A stretch of 64,000 bases of DNA from Marispirochaeta sp. (GTDB lineage: Bacteria; Spirochaetota; Spirochaetia; JC444; Marispirochaetaceae): assembly GCA_963676835.2 (NCBI GenBank), contig CAXXFF010000003.1:800001-864000 (forward strand). Reading direction: 5' to 3'. Made by a program: the position numbers and the translations under genes. The notes beneath the pieces were generated by a model. It made no database searches, had not been told where the DNA came from, and worked only from the letters and a program-made list of their open reading frames with translations. Positions 20,396 through 31,133 of this stretch are shown piece by piece; the first letter of the stretch is position 1; each line of letters opens with the position of its first letter.

Positions 20396-21127
20396 ATGGA
20401 CATTAAACAGGTCAAACAGCGAACAGTGGCATTTCAGGTTATTGAGCAGTTGAAGCAGCTGATAGCGGCTGGATCATTAAAGCCTGGTGATAAAATGCCA
20501 AATGAATATGAATTAGCCGAACTGTTTGGTGTAGGACGTTCAACTATTAGAGAAGTTCTGAAGATCTTTCAATACCTGGGTATAATAGAACTCAGGAATC
20601 CAAAGGGTACGTATATATGCGACAGCACAAAAATTTCATCTGAAGCGTTTATATGGTCAATACTGCTTGGCAAGAAAGATTTTGCTGAAATAAGCGAACT
20701 CCGTACAGCCATGGAACATCAGGGATTATGGTCTCTAATGCAGCTCCACAGGAACGATCAGAAACAAAGAGAAAAGACCATACAACTCCTTGAAGATGAA
20801 ATCGCTACAATGCGTGGCCCCGTGTACAATTCTCCGGATTACCAGATTATTGCAGATTTTAATTTCCATGGGCACATAATAGCAGTGTGCAACAACGAAT
20901 TATTTAGTAACATTTACCGCACAGTTCGTGAATTTCTTATTTCTGGAATAAAAAACTCACTGAACGTGCATGGTCTCAGCACCAACCTGCCTGAAGAACA
21001 CGAATATCTGGTAGAAGCACTCAGAGAAAACAACTACCAGAAAGCAGTTGAACTATTCAGAGCTCATCATGTATTACCTGGGGCAGAACCTCCTGCTCAC
21101 AATCCAACCGCAAGCTCCCAGTCGTAG
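20396..21127 (+). CDS. FadR/GntR-family regulator, paralogue of 16841..17575
   Basis: PGDKMPNEYELA..FGVGRSTIRE, DFNFH. Confidence 0.9.
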   Translation: MDIKQVKQRTVAFQVIEQLKQLIAAGSLKPGDKMPNEYELAELFGVGRSTIREVLKIFQYLGIIELRNPKGTYICDSTKISSEAFIWSILLGKKDFAEISELRTAMEHQGLWSLMQLHRNDQKQREKTIQLLEDEIATMRGPVYNSPDYQIIADFNFHGHIIAVCNNELFSNIYRTVREFLISGIKNSLNVHGLSTNLPEEHEYLVEALRENNYQKAVELFRAHHVLPGAEPPAHNPTASSQS

Positions 21128-22419
21128 TAGAGTGCTCTGTAGGTATACAGGGCATACTGGAGGTTCATACTGGACTGAGCCAGATTTGTCCCCGCCTGGG
21201 AAACCGCCAGCTGAGTCCCCAATCCATTTGCAAGAGCTGCGCGGGAGAGCGCATACGCCCTTTCTGTAGCATCTTTCAGAACCCTGGCGGAATCAATCCG
21301 TTTTCGGGCTTCCTGCATCTGAAGATTCAGGGAAAGCAGTTCCTGCTCGATTTCGTCCTGCTTTTTGAGGATTTCCAGACTGCGCTTCTCTTTCTCTATG
21401 GATGCACTGCGAACAAGGGATGTACGGTATCCTCCGGTATACACCGGCATTGAAACAGTAACGCCAAGCTGCATGCTGGTGAAATCATAATCGCTGAATG
21501 AAGTTCCGTTTCCATATCCACCGACCGCATAGGAGAAACTGGTGCTGACAGTAGGCAGAAATGAAGCCAGAGCCGCCTTTTTGGCTATATCTGCAATTTC
21601 CCGCGCAATTACCTGAGCCTGATAGTCTCCCCGCTTATTCAGCACCTCAATGAACGAAAGTTCACCGGGCAGATCCGGAAGCTCTTCCTGATCCTCCACC
21701 AGGGTAATTTCTTTGTCCGGTTCTATTCCCCCCAGCATTTTCAGGCCCATCATGGCAAGGTCGGCATTTTTCCGCGCTTCAGCGGTGGCGGATATTGCAC
21801 TTTTCCAATCTACTTCCGCCATACGCAGATCCAGTTCGGTCACCACCCCGGCCTCATATTTTTTTTGGATATTCTCATAGACTTCACTTGAAGTCTTCTC
21901 AAGATCAGCCTGAACATCCGCAATGGCATAGGACAGCTGAACCTGGGCATAAAGTTTCTTCGCAGCGGTCAGTATGCTCTTGCGGGTGAAGGTATCCACA
22001 TTTCCCTGAATCTGGCGGTTACGCCTTGCCTGTGCATAGCGGGCAGTTGCCTCGGGATTCAGGATTGTCTGGCTTATCCCCGCTGCAAGGGTCAGCTCAT
22101 TATCCATGTTGGTATCCACATCCTGAAAGACCAGAGGTTGTCCGGCACCGGCAGAGGCCACTGCGGTGGACTGCATAATATCTGTCAGGTTGCGCACATA
22201 ATCCGCGGAAACTCCCACAGCAGGCAGCAGGGCCGCACGTGCCTGTACAACACTTTCTGAGGCGGATGCCACATTCTGTCTGGACAGAGCGATATCCGGA
22301 TTGTCCGAAGAGACCTTCTGCAGATAATCCTCAAGACTGAGATCCTCTCCAAAGAGTGAAGTACCGGCAAGAAGCAGAAGGACAGACAACAGTAAGCTTA
22401 ATAAGAGTGATTTGTTCAT
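21097..22419 (-). CDS. TolC-family outer membrane efflux protein
   Basis: Signal peptide, two A...LP repeats, coiled coils, located in RND operon. Confidence 0.87.
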   Translation of the reverse strand: MNKSLLLSLLLSVLLLLAGTSLFGEDLSLEDYLQKVSSDNPDIALSRQNVASASESVVQARAALLPAVGVSADYVRNLTDIMQSTAVASAGAGQPLVFQDVDTNMDNELTLAAGISQTILNPEATARYAQARRNRQIQGNVDTFTRKSILTAAKKLYAQVQLSYAIADVQADLEKTSSEVYENIQKKYEAGVVTELDLRMAEVDWKSAISATAEARKNADLAMMGLKMLGGIEPDKEITLVEDQEELPDLPGELSFIEVLNKRGDYQAQVIAREIADIAKKAALASFLPTVSTSFSYAVGGYGNGTSFSDYDFTSMQLGVTVSMPVYTGGYRTSLVRSASIEKEKRSLEILKKQDEIEQELLSLNLQMQEARKRIDSARVLKDATERAYALSRAALANGLGTQLAVSQAGTNLAQSSMNLQYALYTYRALYYDWELAVGL

Positions 22420-25400
22420 TATACAGAAACCTCGGAGACCGGTGCGGTATTCCTGTGGGAGAACAGGAACTCGAGAACCGGCAGAAGAATTAGGGTTAAA
22501 ACCATGGCTGAAAGAATACCGCCAATGATAACCACTCCCATGGGCTGACGCATTTCGGCGCCGGAAGCCCCGAGCCCAAGGGCCATGGGCAGCATTCCCA
22601 GTACAATGGCGATATTACTCATAAGTACCGGCTTCAGTTTAAGCCGGCATGCGGTTATCAGAGCTTCCCGTACCGGAATCCCCTGTTCCCGCTGCTGATT
22701 GTAATAATCAAGAATAAGAATTGCATTGTTTACAACAATTCCCACCAGCATGATAATACCGAGCATGGAGATAATGTTGAGAACAGTCCCGGTTCCGATA
22801 CAGATAAGGATAACCCCCATCAATGAGAGGGGAACCGTAGAAAGGATGAACAGGGGCTGGGTAAAACTCTCCAGGGTTGCCGCCAGAAGCATATAGGTCA
22901 GAACAACTGCAACAAAGAAGGCGATTATAAGGTTGCGTACAGTCTCCATGAACATTTCCGCACTGGAGCCCTGGGAGATTCCGTAGCCTTGAGGAAAGTT
23001 ATACTGCTCCACCGCGGCGGTAGCTGCACCCAGGACATTACCCTGGGAATAGCCTGGAAGCGTACTTGCACTTATTTCGATGGTACGTTCCTTGTCGCTT
23101 CGCATGATTTTATTACTTCCGGATGAAAACTCCAGCTCTGCATAGCGGGACAGGGGATACACCCCGGCGGCGGAGACTATGGGGATATTTTTCAGATCCT
23201 CCATATCCTGAAGAGACTCATCCTTGATGGTCACCAGGATATCGTACTCCTGTCCGCCTTCCTTGTAGGTTGCTGCCACCATGCCGTCCACTGCCGCACG
23301 CAGATTGAGGGCAACCGCCTGGACTGTCAATCCGTCCTCGGCAATCTGTTTACGGATGGGATGAAACACAAGTTCCGTCTTCCCCGCCTTTGAACTGAGG
23401 GAGGTATTGGTTATCCCCGGAACCCCGGCGACAATCTGCTTCAAATCCTCCGCAACAGTCTGCAGTACCGCAAGATCAGGCCCCTGGAGATTAAAGGAAA
23501 CCGGCGCCTGCTGGCCAGAAACCCGCAATTCGCTTACCGGGGTAACCCGGATCACAGCTCCGGGAATGTCCGACAGGAGCCGTGTTACCTCTGCAGCTAT
23601 CTGTTCATTGGATTTTGACCGTGCAGACTTTTCCGTAAGCAGAATGTCGATCTGGGCAACGCTTACATCGCTGTCCATCTGCCCCATGGTTCCAAGATTC
23701 TCAAGAACTGTAATTACATCTTCCCTGGCGGCAAGACGGTCTTCTATAAGCTTTACTACAGCAGCAGTACTTGCCAGGTCATTCCCCTGGGGAAGTTCCA
23801 CATCAATCTGAACCTTGCCGCCGTCGGTCTGGGGAAACTGTTCAAACTCCATATACCTGCCCAGCGAAAGAGTTGCGCCGAAAAGAACGAGAACAGTCAG
23901 GACAACAACTATTCCCCGGATTCGATTTTTCAGCAGACCTCTGAGAATCCAGCCGTAAGCGTCTTCCCAGCGGGAAAACAGATGTTCAAGCCAGCGGCTG
24001 ACTACTCCTTCACGCTTAACCTGTACCGGCAGTATTCTGCTGGCCATCATTGGTGTGAGGGTAAAAGAGACAACAAAGGAGAAGACCGTTGCAATAACAA
24101 TGGTATAGGCGAAGTTACTTAAAACCTGCCCCATAATACCCGAGACCATTCCAAGGGGAACAAAAACTGCAATATTGGTTAGCGTGGAGGCAAAAACCGC
24201 AACGGTAACCTCTTTTGAACCGATTACCGCGGACTCTATCCTGCCGTGCCCATGCTCCTTGTGACGGAAAATATTCTCAAGAACCACCACCGAGTTGGCC
24301 ACCAGGGTACCTATGGCACTGGAAATACCCATAAGAGAGAGCATATTCAGACTTATCCCCATGGCCTTCATAATCAGGAAGGTGGAAATAATCGAGAAGG
24401 GCATGGCAAGCACAACAATAAGGGTAGACCGGAGATCGTGAAGGAAAAACAGCAGTACAAGACCGGTAAAGAGTATTCCAAGATAGACATTGTTCAGGGT
24501 GTCATCCACGGAATCCCGGACATAGGTTCCGTCTTCACTGATTACCTTCAGCTGTATACGTCCTCCGGCCTCTTCCTCAATCTCATCTATTCTCTTCATT
24601 ACCCCTTTCACAACATCCACGGTATTGGCGGAAGGATTCTTGATCACCTTCAACAGAACAGCATTCTCTTCGTAGGTATCGGAAGACTTATCAAGAAACA
24701 CCGTCCGTTCCCGGACATCTGCAGTGGCGTCATTAATATCCGCAAGCTGCCGCAGCTTGAAAGTACCCGTAGCGGTGCTTATATCCAGATTGCGGATATC
24801 ATCAAGTGATTCAAACTCACCGTCCAGGCGGACCGGCAGATCCCGGTTCTGATAGAGCAGGTTTCCTCCGGGGAGTTCGATACCGGCAGCACCGAGAACA
24901 CCGGTTATCTGCAGGGGAGAAACAAGCTGGGAGAACACAGTAGCCCTGTCAAGTTCCACCCGAATTTCCCGTTCCCGTCCGCCGGCAAGATCAACATTAC
25001 CCACACCGTCTATCTGGGAAAGCCTGTCCCGGATAATAGTGCTTCCGTAGGTGTAGAGTTCGGTAGGGGGCATATCCCCCTCGAGAATAATACTTACCAC
25101 CGGCATCATCGAAGCAATATTGACCTTGGTTATTGCAGGAGCTTCCGCGTCTTCGGGAAGATCGGAGAGTATAACCTCAACCTTGTCTTTCACTTCCTGA
25201 AGGGCCAGGTTTTCATCCTTATCAAGGTTAAACTCCGCCATCACAATGGAAACACTGTCCATGGAGTAAGAGGTAATACGGTCAAGCTGGCCGACTGAAG
25301 ATATCTGATCTTCGATGGGTTTGGTTATCTGGGATTCAATAACCTCAGGACTTGCACCGGGATACACCGTCTGAATGGTTACATAGGGAATCTTTATATC

Positions 25401-25514
25401 CGGGAGCAGACTTATGGGGATAGCCATATATGCCAGGGCACCGAAAAGCACCAGAGCAAGGATACCCATAAGCATCATAACAGGCCGTTTAACTGAGAGA
25501 TCTACTATATGCAT
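22419..25514 (-). CDS. RND efflux transporter permease (AcrB family)
   Basis: 1031 aa. SVKRPV, YPGASPE, GIVVNNAI, R.KPVLM motifs. Confidence 0.94.
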   Translation of the reverse strand: MHIVDLSVKRPVMMLMGILALVLFGALAYMAIPISLLPDIKIPYVTIQTVYPGASPEVIESQITKPIEDQISSVGQLDRITSYSMDSVSIVMAEFNLDKDENLALQEVKDKVEVILSDLPEDAEAPAITKVNIASMMPVVSIILEGDMPPTELYTYGSTIIRDRLSQIDGVGNVDLAGGREREIRVELDRATVFSQLVSPLQITGVLGAAGIELPGGNLLYQNRDLPVRLDGEFESLDDIRNLDISTATGTFKLRQLADINDATADVRERTVFLDKSSDTYEENAVLLKVIKNPSANTVDVVKGVMKRIDEIEEEAGGRIQLKVISEDGTYVRDSVDDTLNNVYLGILFTGLVLLFFLHDLRSTLIVVLAMPFSIISTFLIMKAMGISLNMLSLMGISSAIGTLVANSVVVLENIFRHKEHGHGRIESAVIGSKEVTVAVFASTLTNIAVFVPLGMVSGIMGQVLSNFAYTIVIATVFSFVVSFTLTPMMASRILPVQVKREGVVSRWLEHLFSRWEDAYGWILRGLLKNRIRGIVVVLTVLVLFGATLSLGRYMEFEQFPQTDGGKVQIDVELPQGNDLASTAAVVKLIEDRLAAREDVITVLENLGTMGQMDSDVSVAQIDILLTEKSARSKSNEQIAAEVTRLLSDIPGAVIRVTPVSELRVSGQQAPVSFNLQGPDLAVLQTVAEDLKQIVAGVPGITNTSLSSKAGKTELVFHPIRKQIAEDGLTVQAVALNLRAAVDGMVAATYKEGGQEYDILVTIKDESLQDMEDLKNIPIVSAAGVYPLSRYAELEFSSGSNKIMRSDKERTIEISASTLPGYSQGNVLGAATAAVEQYNFPQGYGISQGSSAEMFMETVRNLIIAFFVAVVLTYMLLAATLESFTQPLFILSTVPLSLMGVILICIGTGTVLNIISMLGIIMLVGIVVNNAILILDYYNQQREQGIPVREALITACRLKLKPVLMSNIAIVLGMLPMALGLGASGAEMRQPMGVVIIGGILSAMVLTLILLPVLEFLFSHRNTAPVSEVSV

Positions 25515-25528
25515 GTCAGTACGCCTGC

Positions 25529-26581
25529 CTAGTTGCCCGATACCAGCCGGTCGATGATCTTAACCGGAACATTGTCTGTCAGATTCTGAGAGCCGTCGGT
25601 TATCAGCAGATCCCCGGCAACAAGGCCTTCAAGGATTTCAAACTCCAGTCCCCGGATTCTGCCGACTGAGAGTCTGTGCTGAACAGCCCTGTTCTCTTCT
25701 GCCACATACGCGTACCATCCACTGCCTGTCTGGACCAGATCCTTGCGCTTTACAACCAGGGCATCATCCCGGTGATAGGATTCAACCTCAACATCGACGC
25801 TCATACCGCTGACCAGGGATTTAGGCGTTCCGGAAAAATATGCCCTTGCAGGAAATGCCTTTTTTCTGGGATCAAGATTGAGGGCAAGCTCTGATACATA
25901 CCCCGTAAGTGTTTCACTGCCGCTTTCTATCTTTGCTCTTGCCCCGGTAATAATGCTTTCTATTTCTCCCGGGGTTACATAAAAGAGTGCTTCGTATCCC
26001 TCAAGATCCGATACAGTAAACAGGCTGTCTCCGGGGGCAACATTGGCACTTTTTTTAACATTGATACGGGTAAGATAGCCGGATATTGGCGCCCGGACCT
26101 CGATAAGGTCGCTTATGGATTTAAAGCTTTCCCGGGCTATCTCGTACTGGGTGCGGACATTATCAAAATCCTGACGGGAAACTCCGTTTTCGTCAAAAAG
26201 CGCTTTTGTACGTTTAAAAGCGGCCTCTGCACTCTCAAAACCAAGCCGAGCCTGCTGGTACTGGGGATTATCCAGAGAAAGTGACACCACAACCTGGTCC
26301 TTCTCAACGAAGTCCCCGACAGAAAAACCAACTTCCCGGACAACCTCACTTAAAGAAGCATAGGCGGTTGATTCGGTCTGAGCGTTAAACTGGGCAGGGA
26401 AATTGAGATAGACCGAAAAAGGTTCGCTGCTCATCATGCGAACATTTACGGGTACACCCTCTTCCTGGTGAATCTGGGACATGCTTTTTGCTGTCTCTTC
26501 TGCTGCTTTGCCGGAACATCCGGTAAGCAGTGCAACTGCGCTTACTAAACAAATGCTTATTACAGCATGGAATCTTTTCAT
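25529..26581 (-). CDS. RND periplasmic adaptor lipoprotein
   Basis: LTGC lipobox, VRAPISG, GL..GD..ITDG. Start 26581 has an RBS. Confidence 0.88.
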   Translation of the reverse strand: MKRFHAVISICLVSAVALLTGCSGKAAEETAKSMSQIHQEEGVPVNVRMMSSEPFSVYLNFPAQFNAQTESTAYASLSEVVREVGFSVGDFVEKDQVVVSLSLDNPQYQQARLGFESAEAAFKRTKALFDENGVSRQDFDNVRTQYEIARESFKSISDLIEVRAPISGYLTRINVKKSANVAPGDSLFTVSDLEGYEALFYVTPGEIESIITGARAKIESGSETLTGYVSELALNLDPRKKAFPARAYFSGTPKSLVSGMSVDVEVESYHRDDALVVKRKDLVQTGSGWYAYVAEENRAVQHRLSVGRIRGLEFEILEGLVAGDLLITDGSQNLTDNVPVKIIDRLVSGN

Positions 26582-26608
26582 CTGAATCTTCCTGTATCCA
26601 TGTATCAC

Positions 26609-26640
26609 TTGAACGGCATTCAATTATGAACACTGTTCAT
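26609..26640. promoter_or_regulatory. Tandem palindromic operators, probably bound by the neighbouring TetR
   Basis: TTGAAC-GGC-ATTCAA and ATGAAC-ACT-GTTCAT upstream of the RND adaptor. Confidence 0.65.
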
Positions 26641-26670
26641 TTTTAAATATAAAAAAAAGGATAGTTAAAG

Positions 26671-27354
26671 TCAAGAATGTTCAACCAGCTTTTTATCCTT
26701 ACCTGCAATTTCCGCACCCTGCTCGAGAAAGTTCTTGAGCACAGAGAAAATGGAATGAAGGTCGTACTGCCTGCTTTCCCCGGAAGCGAAACTGCTTACA
26801 GAGCTTTTCAGGACCATTCCGAGCATAAGGGAAATAATAACATCTACAAAAACATTAGCTGTCAGTCTGGGATCAAGCTTAACCCGCAGAGATCCGTCTG
26901 CCTGCCCTTTTTCGAATATTCCCGCAACAATGCCGATAAGCTTATCAATATCCGTCGAAATTCTGTTCTGATTTATGAGGTTAAGGGACTCTTTACCTTT
27001 CTGATTGAGAAAGGTAATGCTTCCGAACAGTATCAGATGCGGATCCCGGCTGAGGTGATCAAAGTACTCCACCAGACGGGTCAGCTGTTCCGCCCCGGTG
27101 CCCTCTCCGGGAAAGATCTTCTCCAGGCCGAAATTCTCCTTCTCGATAAACTCCGAAAAGAGGTGAGCAAGGATATCTTCTTTGGTCTTGAAATGAAGAT
27201 ACATAGCCCCGACACTGACGTCAGCCTTACGGGCAATTTCCCTTATGGTTACATCGTCGTAGCGTTTTTCTTTGATAAAAAGATCTTCCGCGGCTTTTAG
27301 AATACGCTCCCGGGCTTCCCGCTTCTTACGCTCAACCCGGCCGATCTCTTCCAT
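26671..27354 (-). CDS. TetR/AcrR-family regulator
   Basis: TIREIARKADVSVGAMYLHFKTKEDI. Confidence 0.93.
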   Translation of the reverse strand: MEEIGRVERKKREARERILKAAEDLFIKEKRYDDVTIREIARKADVSVGAMYLHFKTKEDILAHLFSEFIEKENFGLEKIFPGEGTGAEQLTRLVEYFDHLSRDPHLILFGSITFLNQKGKESLNLINQNRISTDIDKLIGIVAGIFEKGQADGSLRVKLDPRLTANVFVDVIISLMLGMVLKSSVSSFASGESRQYDLHSIFSVLKNFLEQGAEIAGKDKKLVEHS

Positions 27355-27457
27355 AGCTTCCTCCTTGCATTAAAAATAACGAGTTTCTACTCTTCTGCTT
27401 GACGTCAACAGAGGGCACAAGAATAGCATAAAAACGGGTTGTTACTGCAAGCCCGTC

Positions 27458-28285
27458 TTACATCATGCGCATGGTCCCCTTGAAATAGGCAAGATCCAGC
27501 ACCATAACCATGGCGCCCTGCTTTTTTTCCATATCACCGGTTATTTCCTCGATACCTTCAAGAACATCATCTATGCGATCTTCCGGGACCATAGCCAGGA
27601 TAGTCCTGCTGCGGTTTTTATCGGCCTTCATAAACCCGATAAAATCGGCAAAGAGTGGAATATTGGAGATGAACTCTCCCATACCGAAAGATTCAAGAAT
27701 GGTAGCGCCTTCAATACCCTCTTCTATGAAAAACTCCAGCAGAGGGTAAAAGAAATCTTCCAGATAGAGATTAACCATGAGAAGCTTCATCTTGCGGGTT
27801 TTTCCGTTTTTCTCAGCCGCACTGGCCCTGCTGTGGCGGATAAACGCCTCGTACATGGCAGTCTCTGTGGGAGATTTGATTATCTCATTCTTAACCGCCG
27901 GCTGCCCGGCTGCCCGGGAGATGGCGGCAAGTACCTGCAGATGACCATTTACATCCTCCGGAGGTCCAAGGATGACAAAAAAAAGTTTTACCTTTTTCTT
28001 ATCCAGAGAATCGAACTCAAGACCCTTTGGAGCCACTGCAAGGTATACCAGAAACTCCTGCATTCCCGGAATTCTGGCATGGGGAATGGCAATTTCACCG
28101 CCGAAGCCGGTGGAGCCCTGCTCTTCCCTCTCCTTTAAGGCCTGGTACACTGCCTCTTCATCTGTTCCGCCGATTTTCCCGCTTTTAAGAGCTAATCCTG
28201 CAAGCCGCCGCAGAACATCATCCTTTGTTTTTCCTTTGAGTCCCAGCCGGCAGCACTGTTTTTCAACCAGTTGAACAAGTTCCAT
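27458..28285 (-). CDS. PTS EIIA (Fru/Ntr-type) domain fused to a C-terminal PII-like domain
   Basis: RE..GSTG.G..IAIPHAR phospho-His motif. C-terminal ~110 aa with GATILES.GMG pattern. Confidence 0.78.
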   Translation of the reverse strand: MELVQLVEKQCCRLGLKGKTKDDVLRRLAGLALKSGKIGGTDEEAVYQALKEREEQGSTGFGGEIAIPHARIPGMQEFLVYLAVAPKGLEFDSLDKKKVKLFFVILGPPEDVNGHLQVLAAISRAAGQPAVKNEIIKSPTETAMYEAFIRHSRASAAEKNGKTRKMKLLMVNLYLEDFFYPLLEFFIEEGIEGATILESFGMGEFISNIPLFADFIGFMKADKNRSRTILAMVPEDRIDDVLEGIEEITGDMEKKQGAMVMVLDLAYFKGTMRMM

Positions 28286-29538
28286 CAGGCCTCCTCCATT
28301 TCATTTCCCCGGACCAGACCGAAACGGGACAGGGGGGGTCCGATCAGTTCATTGATAAAAACTGAAAGGAGAATGATATTCACCATATTGTCAATTATCA
28401 GCACCTGATCCGGCGGCAGATGGGATGCCAGAGGAGAGGCCTGAATCATCAGAACAAGACCGATTGCGACCCCCGCCTGAGGCAGCATGCACAGCCCTAA
28501 ATAGCGCCGTACCGGTCCGCGAACCCTTCCCGCAAGACAGCCCAGATAGACCCCGCTGTATTTTCCCGCAGCACGGAACAGGATATAGGCGCCGCCGAGA
28601 ATAAGAATTTCCGGCTGCATCAGAATACCCGGCTGAAGCTCCGTTCCGGCAATGACAAAAAACAGGGCATAAATCGGCGGAGTAAGGGGTTCTATAATAC
28701 GCAGAAGCCGGTGGTTTGAAGGAGAGAGATTGATCAGTACAGCACCTGCTGCCATGTTGGTTAAAAGGGGAGAAAGATGAAAAACGATGGATATTGCGAT
28801 TGAAAGAAAAACCAGCCCAAGGGTTAGAATAAGTATTTCATTGGAGCTTTTTTTCCGGGTTCCATGATGAATAAGAAAACCCGCAATTACCCCGACAAGC
28901 AGAGAAAAGAACACCTCTCCCAGGGCATGAAGAATAATAAGCATGGCGCCATGATCCCCGCCGGAGACCCCGAGCATACCGGAACCGGCAGCAAACATTA
29001 ATCCGAAAAGTATAACCGCGCCGGCATCATCAAGAGCAACAATGCCGTAAAGATAGTCCACAAAAAGCCCGGTGGCCCGCAGAGACTGTACGATTGCCAC
29101 CGTCGCAGCCGGCGCCGTAGCCGATGCTATGGCTCCCAGCATAAGCGCATATGGCAGAGGAACATGAAAAAGAGCCATACCCACGGAAACAGCAGCAAAG
29201 GCAATGAGCAGTTGAAAAACAGTAATAATAATGACTTCACGGCCTACCCGCTTAAGCTTTACCCAGTAAAACTCACCGCCAATAGTTAAGGCAATCAGGC
29301 CCAGAGCAACTTCTGTAACTATTTTAAGGTTTTCCCCCATGTGATGAGGGACTATACCGGTAAGACTGTCCCCGAGAAGGAGACCGGCAATAATAAACCC
29401 TGAAATTTCAGGCAGCCTGACCTTTGCAGCCAGTTTTCCCATAAGATAGCCGACCACAAGGAGCATACCCAGAGTAAAAAGGGCATGGTGCCCGAGAAGA
29501 TCCCTGAGTTCGATAATATACTCAATTATCTGCTGCAC
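28285..29538 (-). CDS. Cation:proton antiporter (CPA family)
   Basis: ATAPAAT, VALDD, PQAGVAIG, about 12 TM segments. Confidence 0.88.
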   Translation of the reverse strand: MQQIIEYIIELRDLLGHHALFTLGMLLVVGYLMGKLAAKVRLPEISGFIIAGLLLGDSLTGIVPHHMGENLKIVTEVALGLIALTIGGEFYWVKLKRVGREVIIITVFQLLIAFAAVSVGMALFHVPLPYALMLGAIASATAPAATVAIVQSLRATGLFVDYLYGIVALDDAGAVILFGLMFAAGSGMLGVSGGDHGAMLIILHALGEVFFSLLVGVIAGFLIHHGTRKKSSNEILILTLGLVFLSIAISIVFHLSPLLTNMAAGAVLINLSPSNHRLLRIIEPLTPPIYALFFVIAGTELQPGILMQPEILILGGAYILFRAAGKYSGVYLGCLAGRVRGPVRRYLGLCMLPQAGVAIGLVLMIQASPLASHLPPDQVLIIDNMVNIILLSVFINELIGPPLSRFGLVRGNEMEEA

Positions 29539-29663
29539 TTTTAACTCCGCTTTATTCCTGCCTTTAATACTAATCCCTCAGAGAAAGATGCGCAACGAAA
29601 AGCTTTTTTGCTTTTATATTGACAGCAGGTGGTGCAATGCGCATAGTTATAGGAGAGGTTTAT

Positions 29664-30026
29664 ATGGAAAAACGAAAGTTTTCCCGTACAGGTTTTCATA
29701 CTGCGGGCAAAGTAATTACAGATACTGCTCAAATTGATGTAAGCGTGGTGGATTTATCCCTCAGGGGAGCATTGTTCGCATCCCCCACGCCTCTTACCAT
29801 TGGCAATACCGTACAGCTTGAAATAAATCTGATGAACTCCGAGGTGGTTATCGCCACAGAAGGGAAACTGGTTCATCAGGAAGACGAAAAATACGGTATC
29901 CGTTTTTCAAGCATCGATGCCGAAAGCATGATTCATCTCCGGAGCCTGATGGAATACAACACGGAACGGTTTGAAGAAATCGGCACCGAACTGGGCTTTC
30001 TTTTCCGGGAAAACCCCGAGGAATAG
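29664..30026 (+). CDS. PilZ-domain protein
   Basis: EKRKFSR (RxxxR) and DLSLRG (DxSxxG) motifs. RBS before 29664. Confidence 0.87.
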   Translation: MEKRKFSRTGFHTAGKVITDTAQIDVSVVDLSLRGALFASPTPLTIGNTVQLEINLMNSEVVIATEGKLVHQEDEKYGIRFSSIDAESMIHLRSLMEYNTERFEEIGTELGFLFRENPEE

Positions 30027-30028
30027 GT

Positions 30029-30739
30029 TCAGTCGGCAGAAATGCTGACAATACCTTCCGTTTTCAATCTGTTTTCCCCGTTACCCGTATAAGACACAGA
30101 ACCAATCCCTTCTATATTTCCCTCCAGCAGCCCCCCTTCCAGGTGAAGCTCAACATTGGATGCTCCTTTCATTTGGAGCTCGACGTTGGTAAACAGAGAT
30201 CCTGACATATCCAGGTTGCCTGCACCATCACTGACAACAGTAAAGCGGTCCGCCTTAAGCCCATGTCCAGAAAGGTTTACCGCACCATGAAGTCTGAAGT
30301 TCAGCTTATCTGCTTCTATATCTTTCAGGACTCCGTCAGCTGCTCCATCGATGCTGAGTTCTTCAAGATTGAGCAGAGGAAGAGCTACTGAAAATCCCCC
30401 CACCGGTGCGGTAGTCATGCTTTTATCCAGGCCGATACTCAGCAGATTACCTTTGCGGGTTGTCACAACCTTATCATGATACTCACGGGGCACAGAAACA
30501 GTACCTCCCGTATCAGTGCTTCCACTTATATCGATTTTCCAGACTCCAGTAAGACTGATCCGGGTTATACCAGAGGTATCAACCGGGATTTCAGCCGTTT
30601 CACCGGACAGTTGAATATCCTCACTCCTGGAATAAGAGATATCCCTACTTAGACTGAGTTTAATAAATACAAGGGAAAAAACTATAAGCAGCGCAAGGGC
30701 CGCAGCACCTGAAATAAGAACAATTTTACTGTTTTTCAT
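30029..30739 (-). CDS. DUF2807/GIN-domain beta-helical protein
   Basis: N-terminal TM anchor and repeated G-A-x-N/D beta strands ending GSVSYTGN. Confidence 0.7.
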   Translation of the reverse strand: MKNSKIVLISGAAALALLIVFSLVFIKLSLSRDISYSRSEDIQLSGETAEIPVDTSGITRISLTGVWKIDISGSTDTGGTVSVPREYHDKVVTTRKGNLLSIGLDKSMTTAPVGGFSVALPLLNLEELSIDGAADGVLKDIEADKLNFRLHGAVNLSGHGLKADRFTVVSDGAGNLDMSGSLFTNVELQMKGASNVELHLEGGLLEGNIEGIGSVSYTGNGENRLKTEGIVSISAD

Positions 30740-31133
30740 GGTAATCTCCTCCGCCGTTTCCGGCGTCTTTAAGGGAATCCCGGTATATCCGGTATTCCCG
30801 GTTTATGTCATCCATATTCAATCCCAGAATCTCCATACTGTGGAAAAATTTGGGCAGTTCCCGGGAAATAAACTGTTCTTTCCTCTGCCGGAGGATTAAT
30901 TCACCGGCCCCGGCAGCAACAAAATAGCCCATCCCGCGCTGATTGTAGATTACCCCACCCTCCTGGAGCTGTCCGTAGGTGCGAATTACGGTATTGGGGT
31001 TAACCTCCATTTGGGCAGCGAGCTCCCTGACAGACGGGATTCTTTCGTTTTCAGGATAGTCACCGGCAAGGATAAGCTCTTCTATATAATTGCCGATCTG
31101 CCTGAAAATACTGGTGGAGTCGTTAAACCGCAT
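30726..31133 (-). CDS. YtrA-subfamily GntR regulator
   Basis: IPSVRELA..MEVNPNTV.R.Y, RGMGYFV, short length. Confidence 0.92.
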   Translation of the reverse strand: MRFNDSTSIFRQIGNYIEELILAGDYPENERIPSVRELAAQMEVNPNTVIRTYGQLQEGGVIYNQRGMGYFVAAGAGELILRQRKEQFISRELPKFFHSMEILGLNMDDINREYRIYRDSLKDAGNGGGDYHEKQ

